Assembly: GCA_040357565.1 (NCBI GenBank)
Contig: JBDODJ010000018.1
Origin: Cercozoa sp. M6MM
Lineage: Eukaryota; Protista; Endomyxa: Ascetosporea
Strand: one strand, 5' to 3'
DNA length: 64,000 nt
Shown here: piece after piece, positions 39,562 through 62,420 of the stretch
Position numbering within the stretch: position 1 is the stretch's first letter
Layout: each line of letters starts with the position of its first letter
Position numbers and translations under genes: made by a program
The notes under the pieces: model-generated
The model's database searches: none
What the model saw: the letters and a program-made list of their open reading frames with translations, nothing else
What the model was told of the DNA's origin: nothing

Positions 39562-42500
39562 CGTAGTAGTCGCAGTGGTCGTAGCAGTAGTTGTTGTTGT
39601 TGCTGTTGGGTCGCACATTACAGTTTGACTTGCACTTGTACTCTCTCCTAAGACACGAAAGCGGCTTTGCATCGGTGATTGCAGCATTTTCAGCAAAGCC
39701 AAGACAGTACCAGCACAGTTGGTTTGTCTAATCGAAAACGAGACAGCACTAACGTTGGTTGACAGGAGCAAGGAGAACTGCCCGTTGCCTTGGAACTCAC
39801 TGACACCCACTGCTTCCAGCGCGAGCCCCGTTGCATTGTCGGTGACTTGTACTTGTATTCTGCCTTGATCTACACGAGAGTAATACAAACCCCTCACAGG
39901 AGTCCGCTTTAAAGCAAGAGTACCACTGGTGTATGCGTACGCGATCGTGCACTGCATGCTTGTTCCGTTGAGGATCGTTGCATTCACCGACAGAAGTTCT
40001 CTAGATTTACCTTGTTTTACCCAGGTATAGCAATGCACACACAACTGAAAACAAGATACCTGATGGCAGGTGCGGAGGAGTAGTAAGGGGCTAGATCCGG
40101 GCTCCACCAACTGTTACGCAAAGAAGTGATGATTCATAGGTCTAAAATATAGATCTACCTAGGCATCCAAAGGTGACTTTGAACATCAACTTACTGCGGA
40201 GACTCGCTGTTGAGATCAGCATTGGCAGCTGCACACGTTTTGTAGATCCTCCTATCTCTGCATTAAAGCGACAGCTCAAACAGCCACGCTCCCAGCGAAG
40301 GTTTGAAAACCTCAGGGGTTGATAACTTACGCGGCGAGAAGCTCCCGCGACGAGGGAGTGACGCAAATGACCATCGAGGCGTTGCTTCCCGAGTCAGGGA
40401 GTGACAGGAATGCATCAGCAGGGATCATGACGTCTAAATTTACTTTCTCAAATACTCGGATTTAGACAACACAGACATGGAAGCTAAAGGTGTACCAGTT
40501 CCTTTTGGCACAGTTGCATACACGATACTACTGTTCGCCGTGTGCAGCTCTATGTTGTAATCCTCAGCTGTGGCCTCGAACGCTTGGAAGCTCACACCGA
40601 TGCCGCAGGTTTGAGCAGTCAGCGCACTGGCATTCAGTGTTACGCTCGTGACTGTACTCGCCGGCAAATCAAACGTGCCGACGACGGTCTTTGTGAACAA
40701 GCCGTGCAGGTCTTCGCCGCCTGGCGCCGTTGATGTCGGCCACGGTCTTGCCGAAACAGAAACTGTCTGCCCAAGATACACTTCGGGAGAGTACACCGAG
40801 GCCAGAATGGCGTCACTGCGAATCAGAACGCTTGAGGAGCATGTGTTGACTGGAATCGTCGTGTTCCGATAAAGCGATAGTTGCGTAAGCTGCTGCGTGG
40901 TTTCGGTTTCGTTCGCTCCAAATGAGAATGGCAAAAGGTTCGTGCTTTGTGGAAGTGAGAAACCCCAGATGCTGAGATCCAATTCAGTCGGTGTACAGGC
41001 CGCGCTTGGGTCGAATGGAAGAACGTCAATTTCGACCAGGTGTTGCGATACAGTCAAGTTGTAGTAGTCGGTCGCTTTGTCTAAAGGAATATTGGTTTCC
41101 ACAGTAGCAACGTGCTTTTGGAGTATAATTCGCTGCGCAGACATACCTTGAAGGCCCACTGATTGAACTGTGAGAGGAAGTTGAATGCGAGCAGTGGTGA
41201 TGGGAGTCGCATACGACGGCATGTAAAGTGTCGACAACGTGATGTTTTCGAACCAGTTAGGTGGTGTCACAAATGACTCGCTGTTCACTGCAGTTGTTGT
41301 TGTCATGCTGCCATTGTTTGATTGGTGTTGGAGGTCCAACCGCAGGTTGTTTTGTAAAAACGCGGTGATCTGCCACAAGAGTTGACAATGCAAACATACA
41401 AAATGCAGTCAGCAAACAATTTTAGTTGTTACCTCAGTTCTGATTGCGGTGGGAACTGTGATGGCAGTGTTGTTGGTGACGTGGTCATAGTTTGCGGAAA
41501 TATCGACTGTGCAACGACTGACATTGAACACATTTGAGTGAGCGCATTGGACTCCACCTGTCAAAGCAGGCGAAGCTGGCACGTGAAGGTCGCTGATCTG
41601 TAAAGTAGACTCGGCCAGTCTGGGTTCCGTGAAGGTTCCCACAATTGTTGGAAAGATAGGCCATCCTGAGAGGTTTGCGATAATTTCATTGTCTGCCAGT
41701 GCGTAGTCTGACGCCAGACTAGCGAACGAGCCCCATCGTGTGACTTCGTCGTCGGTATTGACCTCCTGCTCAACATTTAAATTTGTGCTGGCACGCTCGT
41801 AGAGGAAGGGCAGGAACTACAGTTGGTACCTCCCAAAACCAAGTTCTTCGAAAGACCCTTGGGCGAATCCACCAATAAATGCCTTGGACCGAACCTTGCA
41901 AGTATTGAAACAAAGTAGCCAAGGCGCCATAGCCGTCACTCTGTATTCTGTCCAGCATCGTTTCGCTTATCGACTCAAGACATGCCTTCATCTGTGCGCC
42001 CGTCAATTTGAGGTTGTTTGAGGTTGTTGAATCCCTCGAGCTGAGTGTACATGCATTCAACACGGCTGCGGAAACGTTCGGACGCAGTAAGTACTCGTCC
42101 CCAGCTCTCCACAGCACTTGGTCGAACAGTGGTCCTAGTGCTACGTCAAAGCGCAGCACCGTATCAGTCCTGTCGATGGTAAAGCCTAAAAAGGCAGGCG
42201 TCGACCATGTCCAAGAGTCTTGGAGCTCAAGAATCCACCCTGCGGCATGCGACAAGACGGGTCGGCTGCTTTGTGTGGGCCTCACTTCGACACGAACTGC
42301 GCAGTTTTGTTTCATCAAAGACGGACAAACTGGTGCAGTGCTGTGGATAACTGTACGTGGGCCCGCCTCAGTGCAGCTAACACTAACTGCACCGGTTTGA
42401 TTCTCAAAGCGACAAACGTCTAAAAGGGGGACTTTCGACACATCGAAACTTCCATTTCTTGAGACAACCTCAAGCGCCAAATCCTCTCCTAACAAGTTGA

Positions 42501-43089
42501 ACATATGGTACTTATGGTCTCGGTACTATGGTCTCGGTACCAACCCAAGAAGAAACGTCTGCTCGCAATTCACCCGTTTTCCCGCCAGAAACTGCAAGAC
42601 TCTCGTTGACAGTTACTGTGGTGTGAGCGAGAGAGACTCGCGAGATAGTTGAAAACAGTTCCAGGCTTTGCGATGTCAAGTTGACGGAGAAGTGTGCAAC
42701 TGGCACCTCCACTCCAGAGTCTCTTGGGAATGACAAGTTAAACAATGCCAAAACTCGGTGAACCTTTCTGTTCCCCGCCCTCGCGGGGAAGGTTTCGGTT
42801 TGGAAGCACGCCAAACTCATAGCATCGCGAACTTTGGCAGTGTTTGCGCTCGACGTATTCAGCTTGTCCAGAGTTCCGTCGTACGCCTCCAACAGTACCT
42901 CGGCCAAGCACCCGGGTTGCAGCCGAAACTCTACCCAAAACCATCAGTAATTTACCGAGTCACTCACCTTGGGTCGAGCCACTCACCCACATCGCTCGAG
43001 TTGCTTTGCCGCGTCCAGGCCGCATCCACAAAAGAAACTCTTAGGCCTGCCACAAGTACCAATGCGACCAATAGCGCGTGTGCTAACAT
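35615..43089 (-). CDS. Large cell-surface protein: signal peptide, beta-rich ectodomain, Thr-rich mucin tract, EGF/Cys-rich repeats, multipass C-terminus
   Basis: MLAHALLVALVLVAGLRVSFVDA; poly-Thr at about 39340-39610; CECYEDLPIGGWTGTLCDLC, CPPGAYCPGG, CNERYGNDYCSRCEEGHFRDGNRCVSC; several hydrophobic exons at 35800-37880. Confidence 0.7.
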
Positions 43090-43496
43090 TCCTATTGAGA
43101 GATCTAGGCCGTTGCGATGTTAAAATTACTCGAATTGCGAGCTCTGACAACGCAGCGCAGCTCGAGAAAAACTGAAAAACGTTTGTTTCGACAACTGAAT
43201 TTGTTTTCAGTCTTCAGTTTTTGGTTGCGATTTTGAACAATTGCTGCGAATTGCCGTGTGTGCCTACGACGCAAACCAATTGATGGGTCGGATGCAGCCG
43301 TATGGCGCGTAGTCGTGTTCGTTGTCACGTCAACACCGATACGTACAATAACCAAGCAAAGTTACGTTAAATAAATATCAGCCTCGCCGTGTACAGTACG
43401 GTATCGTACGTCGTTTGGCTTGTAGGGAGTACGATTCAACTGCGTGCACAATGCGGTACGGTAGTTGCACGTTGAATGTCGACCCCAGCGCAACGA

Positions 43497-50863
<7,367 letters not shown>

Positions 50864-51507
50864 TCCGGAAATCGGTCGTCAACCGCACACAGACAGACAC
50901 TCCGAGGGCAGCCAGCACGTGCGTGACACGTATGTGTTCCTCTGGCAAATGGCACGCTGGCCCTGTGCAGTACAGTACTCGCGGCACCTCCTGAGACAGA
51001 AGTAATAAGAGCGTTTTGTCAAACCTTCTCTGGCTGTCTTGATGATCTGCATTAAGTGCGCGTTTTGAGAGTATACCCCGCGGTTTCCTGAAGTTGACGG
51101 GTCGCGCAGACTCTCGATTAGTCCTTTCTTGGCTGATCGCCCGACTTGTGATGGGTCGAACTGGCTGTTCACCGTCACAACACGTGAACAGCGTCATTTT
51201 CAGAATGACCAAATGATCTTGAGGAGAATCAAAGAATCGACGGTGTGCTGTATGTGCCTCAGCCATAGTTGTTTTAGTATCGATACAAGTGGAGTAATAA
51301 TATTATACAAGGAAAACCCTGATAGATTTTCCGGGCCCGTATAAATTTAGCATCAGTAAAAGTGAAATAATATCATTATAAATTTTACAAGCTGGCCGAC
51401 ACACATAGTTGTATCTTTTCCGGCCGGATTTTAGCCGGCTCAGATTATAGCCGAATTCGCTGTCTGACATATGGTGCGCTGGTGGTTTGGTAGCCCTGTT
51501 TAACCTC

Positions 51508-54270
<2,763 letters not shown>

Positions 54271-54493
54271 TGTGCAGCCAGCCCAGATCCCAGATTCCAA
54301 AGAGCTCTAGCCTGTCAACCGATCGGCTTAAATTGCAAATTCCTGCAACATTAAACCCAAAGACACACCTGTGCATTCTCTAACACATCTGGATAGCGTT
54401 GACTGCCGCAGCCTTAATTCCTTTTTGTAGCCGTGTCAAAACTGTGTCAGGTGTCTCTGGCTGAGGTGGGTGTGTTTGGGTTCAGTGCCAGTG

Positions 54494-55859
54494 ATGTCCA
54501 GGCGCTCAAGACGTGCGCGTGGTCGTTCCACGGCAGTCTCAGCTCTGCTATCGCAGGAGGTATATTTGTACATTGGTCATAAAACAATGCATGTCCGAAT
54601 ATGAACTGTGCGAGTAGGTCCTGCAAACGTCGTTCGACCAGGCGCCCGAGCCAAGCAACAAGGAGGTGGAGCGACTGTCTTCCACCACAGGTCTTTCGGA
54701 GGACGAAGTGCGCCAATGGTGCGCTGTGTCAGGCGTATAGTCGGGCCAATGTCCTGCTCATATTCTGTAGGTTCGCACAGCGGCGACTCGAGCTCGGTGA
54801 TGATCTCATCCAGCCGTGGTAGATTTATGTCATATTTCTGCTGTTTTACATCACGAGCTTATCCCTGTTCAACAGGAAGGTGCAGCAAGAGGACGAAGAG
54901 GATGCTCCCATGCATGACAGCGAACCTGAGGTTCTCCCTGTCTCGTTTATGTATGCATGTACCTGTATGGTAGCCTTGTGATAGGAAGATGACAGACCTA
55001 CGAAAAAGCGTCGCACTGTTGCAGCTCATTCCATGTATGGCTCGTGTCTTTTTGGTAGCCCCCCCCCCCGTACCCTGCTTGTAGGAACGCACGACGTCGT
55101 GGTGCCGCAGGGCATACGTGGTCGGCGCAACTCATGCGACAGCAAAACCGCGAGCGCAAGCGCAAGGGCCGCCGCACCAAAACTTCGGCCATACACATGC
55201 TGCTGCGTGGCAACTACGTTGACACACTCCAGGTCGACACCAAACAGATTGCGTTCCCGCTCGAGCGTTGTCGTCGCAGTTCCAACACCATCGTTGTACC
55301 CTGTCATTTGTCTACCCACTTGATACCCTCTACTCCATGCTTCTATCTGACCCGCCGCCTTAGGTGGAGTTGCCGCCTGAGGCTTGGCCGGCACGCCGAC
55401 GAGGCAACGCAGTCGACAAGACCAATATACCAACTCCCGTGTACTCTGTGTTTTCTCTGTGTCGCCGTGTGTTGTGTCTCCACGTGTGTTGTCACAGAAT
55501 GAAAAATCGGCTCACCAAGGACAGAGTCACTGTGCGACGTCGCGCCAAGACTGTCGAAGATGTACGAGCTTGCTGTCTTAGTTGTGCTTAATGAGTGTGA
55601 GTGTGAGTGTGGGTGTGTCTGTGTTGATGTGCGCACACACCTGGCAGACGATTCAAATGCTGCTTGAGGCCAAAGACCGCGCCGACGAGGAGCGCCAATC
55701 ACTCGCCGTACGGCAACAGCGACTACCGTCCAAGTATGTGGTAACCCTCCCTGCACACANNNNNNNNNNNNNNNNNNNNNNNNNNNNNNNNNNNNNNNNN
55801 NNNNNNNNNNNNNNNNNNNNNNNNNNNNNNNNNNNNNNNNNNNNNNNNNNNNNNNNNNN

Positions 55860-55904
<45 letters not shown>

Positions 55905-56196
55905 CCTTGTTCTTGCATTACGGCGATTTAGTGTTGCAACCTCCTCTGTGTGCCTTTCTGTAGCTTCCAGAAAACAGTCTGAGTGTGCGCCGCATCTCGC
56001 GCATCTCCATGCTTGGTGGACACACATGTATCGCGCACCACTAGCGGTCGAGTACCCGACCGGCAAACGAAGACGCGAACGGGACTCGGGTGATCATGAC
56101 GATCACGTTGCACTGATCGATCTGATACGACACCACTCCATATATCCTTATTTTTCCGGGTTAAATCTACTCCAACCTCAGCGCATTCGCAGCTGA
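54494..56196 (+). CDS. Homeodomain-containing protein (atypical)
   Basis: Spliced MSRRSRRARGRSTAVSALLSQE|VLQTSFDQAPEPSNKEVERLSSTTGLSEDEVRQW|FAQRR, with introns ending at 54617 and spanning 54719-54770. The 3' part crosses an N-gap and its end is uncertain. Confidence 0.7.
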
Positions 56197-56266
56197 TACG
56201 ATTGACTTGACTCGCGTTGCGTTGATAGCTTACAGAATAAAACGGGCAGTTGAGTTTTACATACCA

Positions 56267-59003
56267 TTACGTGGACACGACATGCACACATCTAGAGGCA
56301 GAGTCGGGTTCCGCTGATCCAGTCCAATATCCGCGAGTGGACACACAACGCGTCAATAAAGTGGAGGCCGGCCTATTCCAGACCTGCAAAATCAAAGAAA
56401 ACCAGCGCATCCAGTTGTTGTGCGAGCGCCTCGCACAGACGCGCCTCACCGCTACGGCTCAGCGATAGCAACTGCACAGACACACGTGGACGTGGTTTAA
56501 CAGCGGAGTGTTATGTGTTGCGCGGTGGTGGCCAACCTCTTGCGCGACAAGTCGCACCTGCCTGGCGTGCGCTGTGGCTGTATTTTATGGAGAAATGAAT
56601 ACCAACAGTACAAAAGAAAGGTATCTGCAGTACCGTGCGTACGGAGAGCTTGCTGTGCCACGAGAGCTTGCAGCTGGAGTTGCTGGCATTCCTTTTGTCG
56701 GCTTTGAATGTTTGAGAGAGCGCGCGCTTGGGCGTGCAACTGCTGTGCCTGCTTTCAGATGCGGGCGTACCGGTACCGAGGCATCGTGCAAGTACACAAA
56801 CTACCAATGCCAACTCGTGCTGCAAGCGTGGAATGTGCTGCTGCTCGACGGCGCGCATTGCATCGTGCAACTCCAGCAGTCGCACAGCTCGCTCGTACCG
56901 TTGGCATAACTACAGGTACATACAACGAATGCCCATTAACACACTCACACCAGTCAATGTATACAGTTTTGTTGTCGTGCAGCAGCGTTTTGAGAGTGTC
57001 GAACACGAGTAACGACACCGGTGCAACGTCGAAATCCAAGAGCGAGTGCACCTGTAGATCGAAACAAATGAGCGTCCACACATTTGAAGGCATACAGAAT
57101 GCAAGATACGGTGGCATCAGGCGGCACAACTTCGACAGCGACAGGTCCGTCAGCGACGCAACTCAGACAGGTGTGAAGTAGCGAGGCATCACGTCGCAGC
57201 ACGGTATCGAGCACCTCCTTCACTGCCACGTGATGTCGCAATCGACCACCACTGCCACCGTCCAGTGCAGTGTCTTGAGTGCTCTTAGGTCGCGCACTTT
57301 GAGCGCCGCCGTTGGTGCTGCTTTCGATGTTGTTGCTGGTCACGGTTGCCTGAGTCGTCTTGTGATGCAAGTAATGAAGCAGCGACAGAAACCTGCCCGC
57401 TTTGTCTTGTGGCGTGTTGACTTCTAAAGCTGCAAGTACACATCCAGAATAAAGCCACTCTCACTTTAAGCAAAACCCCTGACGTACACTCGAGAGGAGT
57501 CAGTGCAAGATCGCACAACTCCTTGATCTGCCGATCGATCGGCGCGGTGTCGTTTGTCTCTTGTCTCAGTGACTCCAAAACGGCATCGGGTATATCGCCC
57601 AAGCTCGCACTTTCGTCGGCTGCCGCGGCAGCGTAAATGCGCACTGCACGTCGGATGTCTCGCTACAAAGCAGTGTAGAAATCAGGCATCAGAAGAGTAT
57701 CCTTAAAATTACACACCTTGCAGCGACCGGCAAGTGCAACGAGATGGGGTGCTACGTCTTCGGAAAGATCGCATGCGCGAAGTAGTGCTTGCACGTACAG
57801 CAGTGCATCGTGAGGACTCATCGCACTCAGCTGCACACGCGTGACAGTCGTACCACCCTCCAGGTCGACTGTCTCACAGACAGGAACACTGTCCGCGCAC
57901 CCAGCGACCACAGCGACCACGTGAAGCGTGTCGTTGTGCGGAGCAAGTGACTCAGAGACGTGCAACAGAGAACTGCGCGCCTCATCCTCAGTCCGTGCGT
58001 GTACAACGACAACACGCGGGCAGACGGCGACCGATTTTTCGCGTCCCTCCCATGCTCTCATGTAGTGCGCCACATGTGAGAGGATCGGCAGCAAAAAACT
58101 CGGAACGTTGCCTGCGGTATCTCATCTTGATCATCCAATCAAACGCCTTGTCCAAAGGTACCAAACTGCCGAAGAAAATGGTACTCAACAAGAGCACTGT
58201 CAAGTTGCTCACTGCATCCACAAGAATAAAAGACACAGCATCACGCGTAAACAACAAGAAGCAGGCAGCACAGCGAGTGGACTTCAATCATGTCTGCGAT
58301 GCAAAAACGCCCGAATTCGTCAATGGTAGCAAATTCTTCCGACGCTTCTCCGCTCTCATTCTCACCGCTGCTTCGCTCGGTTCCGACAGAGCGAGGGCTC
58401 ACAAACAACTCGGCGCTTGTACACGACAAAATCGTCAGTGTTGACTGCTTGCGGTGTGACCATTTCTGGCACAGTTGTTTCTGTTGCGACACGCGCAACT
58501 GCGCAACACGGTCATACTTCTGGGACTAGCGGCAGGGACACAGGGACACAGCAAACGCACGGAATCGCCAGACGAAGTAAATGGAGGCAATGCACTCATG
58601 TTGATTCCATCAGAACGTTCCGTGCGCTCCTCTTCTTGGCAAGGGGAAAAGTCCGGAAGTTCAAGATCGCTCGGATCGAGTTCTAATATCCCGTCTATCA
58701 AACGCACACAATGAAGACAACCCTCACACAGAAAAAAAAAACGTCAGGTTTCACCAGCAAACTCGGGCTTCACATCATTGTCAAAATCCTTATCCTCGAA
58801 GAACTCGGCGCGAGAAAATATTCCCTCTTCAATCTGATATTTACCGGTTTACGAACGAAACAAAGGAGACTAACCACGTCAAAAAAAAAAGAACGCAAAA
58901 ACGCGGGCACCCGATTGACAAAAGGCTGCTGCGCGTCACTACTTGCTGTGGCACCCACGATAGCCAAGGATGCCCCGTACACTTGCTTAAAACGATGACG
59001 CAT
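56267..59003 (-). CDS. Multi-exon hypothetical protein, possibly a degenerate AAA+/clamp-loader-like protein
   Basis: Minus-strand exon chain (ORFs 58435-58707, 57663-58094, 57285-57644) containing LAGRCK|RDIRRAV. No Walker A motif found. Confidence 0.45.
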
Positions 59004-59537
59004 CAATCGCTGGATCAACTAGAGGGTACAGTAATGTCATTTTTTTCGCGGTTTTTGGATTCTCGATAAAATTTACTGGAAGTTGCATCGCATCATTTAA
59101 ACTGCATAATTATTTACATTCCGTCACCTTCCAGAACTAGATGCGCTGAGTCCACGCGCCTGAAGTGTTCCCATACTCGGACACCCTGTCCCCGTGTTCT
59201 CAAGCGATTTAGTTCAGTCTGGTGGGGATACTCTCCACAGCTACTTGTATCGAGGAATCCTGATTCAGCGCTCCGCGAGGCATGGTTTTGCTCGCGATTC
59301 TCTCGCTCTCCCATCGGTATTACGTTTTCTTCTCCTGGTACTGGAAGGTTATGCCACAGTAGTCGATAGCAAATGCGACAAAATTGAATATAGAGCACCA
59401 TACGCGACTGTTTCTGACAAACACCGCCCTGGCACCGAAAAGGAGCCCTGGCTGCTGGGATTTTCCAACGCAACCATTTTTTTCTGAAAACTCTCCTTTT
59501 TGCACAAACAGAGTCTAGAACACACAGACGAGGTGCA

Positions 59538-59822
59538 ATGGCAGTCGCAAAGAAGCAGACCTCGGTCCCTAAGTAAAGTCTCGTTTTCCCGTTTTTGGTC
59601 GTTGGGCTGCTTTGTGTGTCGTGGCGTTTTTCAGTTTGGTTCTCCTGTGTGCCTTGATCCTTTTTGCGTGCAGATACATCGACATGGTCGTGATGGCCAT
59701 CAAGGACGCACGTGATTTTACACGTGGCGCCTCGCGTGCTAAGATCGCTGCGTGGATTAAGAAGAACTACCCTCAGTGCGACAACGCTGCGTTCAATGCC
59801 GCACTTCGAAACGCGCTCAGCA

Positions 59823-59889
<67 letters not shown>

Positions 59890-60270
59890 GTAACATCATG
59901 TCCGGATCAAAATTTAGATATGTGTGCACACGTTTTTCGTAGGGTCTGGAGAGTGGCGTGCTCGCGCAAGGCGAGACCTCGCAGCGCTTCAAGCACGTGC
60001 CGGCCGCTCTGAAGGCTGCTGAAAAGAAGAAGAAGAAGACACCGAAGAAGGAGACAGCCAAGAAGGCAGCTAAGACGAAGAAGACGCCGGCCAAGAAGGC
60101 AACCAAGAAAGCAGCCAAAAAGACAACCAAGAAGGCCAAGAAGCCGGCCAAAAAGACCAAGAAACCTGCCAAGAAACCGGCCAAGAAGGCTTCCAAGAAA
60201 GTGATCAGTCTTTGTCGTGTTCTTTGATCATGGTGTGTATTTTCTCTGTTCTGGGCAGGCGAGCAAGTAA
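59538..60270 (+). CDS. Linker histone H1 with winged-helix globular domain
   Basis: VPK|YIDMVVMAIKDARDFTRGASRAKIAAWIKKNY...LRNALSK|GLESGVLAQGETSQRFK followed by a K/A/P-rich tail; 3 introns. Confidence 0.9.
59825..59886. repeat. (GT)n microsatellite starting at the H1 intron-2 donor
   Basis: AAG|GTGTGT... Confidence 0.9.
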
Positions 60271-60650
60271 ATACGCATCGGAAGGCATCCGTCCCGTCCA
60301 ACGCGCCAAAGCGAACCGGCCACGACAACCGGATATCCGCTTCTGAACCATAGCTTCCACTTCCATTACATCACCGCCACGCACCCGACTAGAGTCAATC
60401 ATGGCGCGCTCGTCCGTTCCTTTTCCGTTTCACAACATCAACTTATGATAAGTTCAAAAACTGTAGCAATGCAAAAAGCGACTGCTAAACAACGACATCC
60501 CCGTACGATAGGCGAGTCCCGTCAACTTTACAGCCGCATTGTCGGGACAACTAGCGTATCGATAGTACAATAGGCAATTTATCAATCCCTTGTAGAGTAC
60601 GCTTAGTACTTTTACCCGCTGATCCTACTTCTAGGCTGCCCCAGTGGCTC

Positions 60651-62420
60651 ATGCAGGTTGCGCTAGTGCCGATCGAGCGGATTTATGAAAGTCCGTTGCC
60701 CGTGCTCAAGCCAACAAATCCTGGTGTGCTGTTTATTTGATTTGTTACCTGCGCCTTCAACAAATGGCGTTGTGTATCGTGCCTCGCAGCGAGCGAAGTC
60801 GACTTTGAGTCAATCGCGTTGGAGGAACTTGAATTTTCTCGGTCGCGTACATTGGTAGACTGTACCATGCATACGCTCAATAACCAAACGAGCGTGCGTG
60901 CTGATGGATTGTGCAGAACTCACTAGTGTCGTCGGTACGGCACTTTCTCAAACGAACATCTATCTCCCGTCGGCATCACGCGGTGGTGTGGCTGCGATTG
61001 CAACATACAGACGACCTCCAGGGTGACGGTGACACGGGTCTGCATGTGGAGTGGTCGCGTGTGTTGTGCCTTTCAACATTCAAGGCCGGTGCTTGGCGGC
61101 TCTTCTTTTTGAATGCTAGGAGCTGTGACATCGACAAAAAAGGACCAGTTTTCCGCGTGCGCAAGCAATTGAATGTCGACGAGGAAGGCACTGCCCTGTG
61201 GCGCTTTCGACACGGTAAAATGGGAATCCAACCGCCGTGCACTTTATGGGTATGTTGGGACTGTGCACGATTTAGCGCACCACCACAGCACACTGCTGGA
61301 CCAGTTTCGGTATCACATGGACGACTTTTTGCGCTTCTGGCGTCACCTGGTGCATTACTTGGGCCGGCATGAGCTACGCAACTATCATTTGCGACTGGTG
61401 CAACCGCGCGGTCAGTTTGAAGTGCAAATCTTTGTCAAACGTGACCAATCGTACGATGAGTTATAGAACACAGAATAAATGCGCTGTAAATGCAACGTGT
61501 TTTGCTACTTGTTTGGTGCAGGGAAACGACTCTGCGACAGCGCACGGCGTGCCTTTCATGTCCTGTGTCCGACGACACCGGAAGCAGCGACAGCGACATC
61601 GAAACGCAGCGCGCGCTAACGCAAGCCGTGCACTGGGCCGACACGCCGCTGTCTCGCACCTGTACGGAAAGCAGTGATCATGACGTAGCTGAACTGTCTC
61701 GGCATGATATCTACCACTGGATCTAAGCAGGGATTGACGCCAAGTTGCGCCCCTCGTTTGTGGTGACGCCCAAGCGGCACGTGGAGAGACTCGACGAGCT
61801 TACGGTACCCCCCCCATGTATCTTTTGTCACATAGGTTCACGCACATTCATTTACAGAACGAAGAGACGCTGGACATGTTGTGTGCCATCGTGGCCATTA
61901 TTTGCTTCGACAACGACGAGGCAGCATTTGCTGCTGTCACAGATAGTGGCGATTTGACACTTGTCAGTGCTTCGAATGAGTTGCGACAACGCTTTCGCTC
62001 TGTCGTTATCAATCAAGGTAGCGTGCACTTTGTTTGTTCATCGCATTTACTTGAGCTGATTATTTTCTGTATGTTTTGATGAAGGTTCGTGCCGCAATCT
62101 GGCACATTTGCACGCCAAGATTCGCTTCCGCACGAAAGATTGGCAACGGCGGATTGACGACTGGAGCGGTAAACCCGAAGGTGCTTAAAGTGTACGTATC
62201 CCGAATCTCATGTGTCGATACATTTGACAGGAGAGAAAGTCGGTAAGCTACGTCGAATCGCGTCACTCGTGACCAAAAAAGAGGTGCGCGCACTTTCTCG
62301 TGATGTAGGCTGTTAGTAATGGCAATCGCAATGGATGTGAACGCAGGTGTTGCACGGCTTTGTGGGTGGTCGGTTGAGTAGCTCTGTTCAGGGACAAGCA
62401 CCGAGGGGTCCAAGTTTTTA
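60651..62420 (+). CDS. HIT-like domain protein
   Basis: ACLSC...WIDAKLRPSFVVTPKRHVERLDELT|NEE...VVINQ|GSCRNLAHLHAKI. The 5' and 3' ends are approximate. Confidence 0.6.

Noticed and set aside
59114-60328. 404-aa minus-strand ORF
   Set aside because: Antisense shadow of histone H1 and its (GT)n intron.
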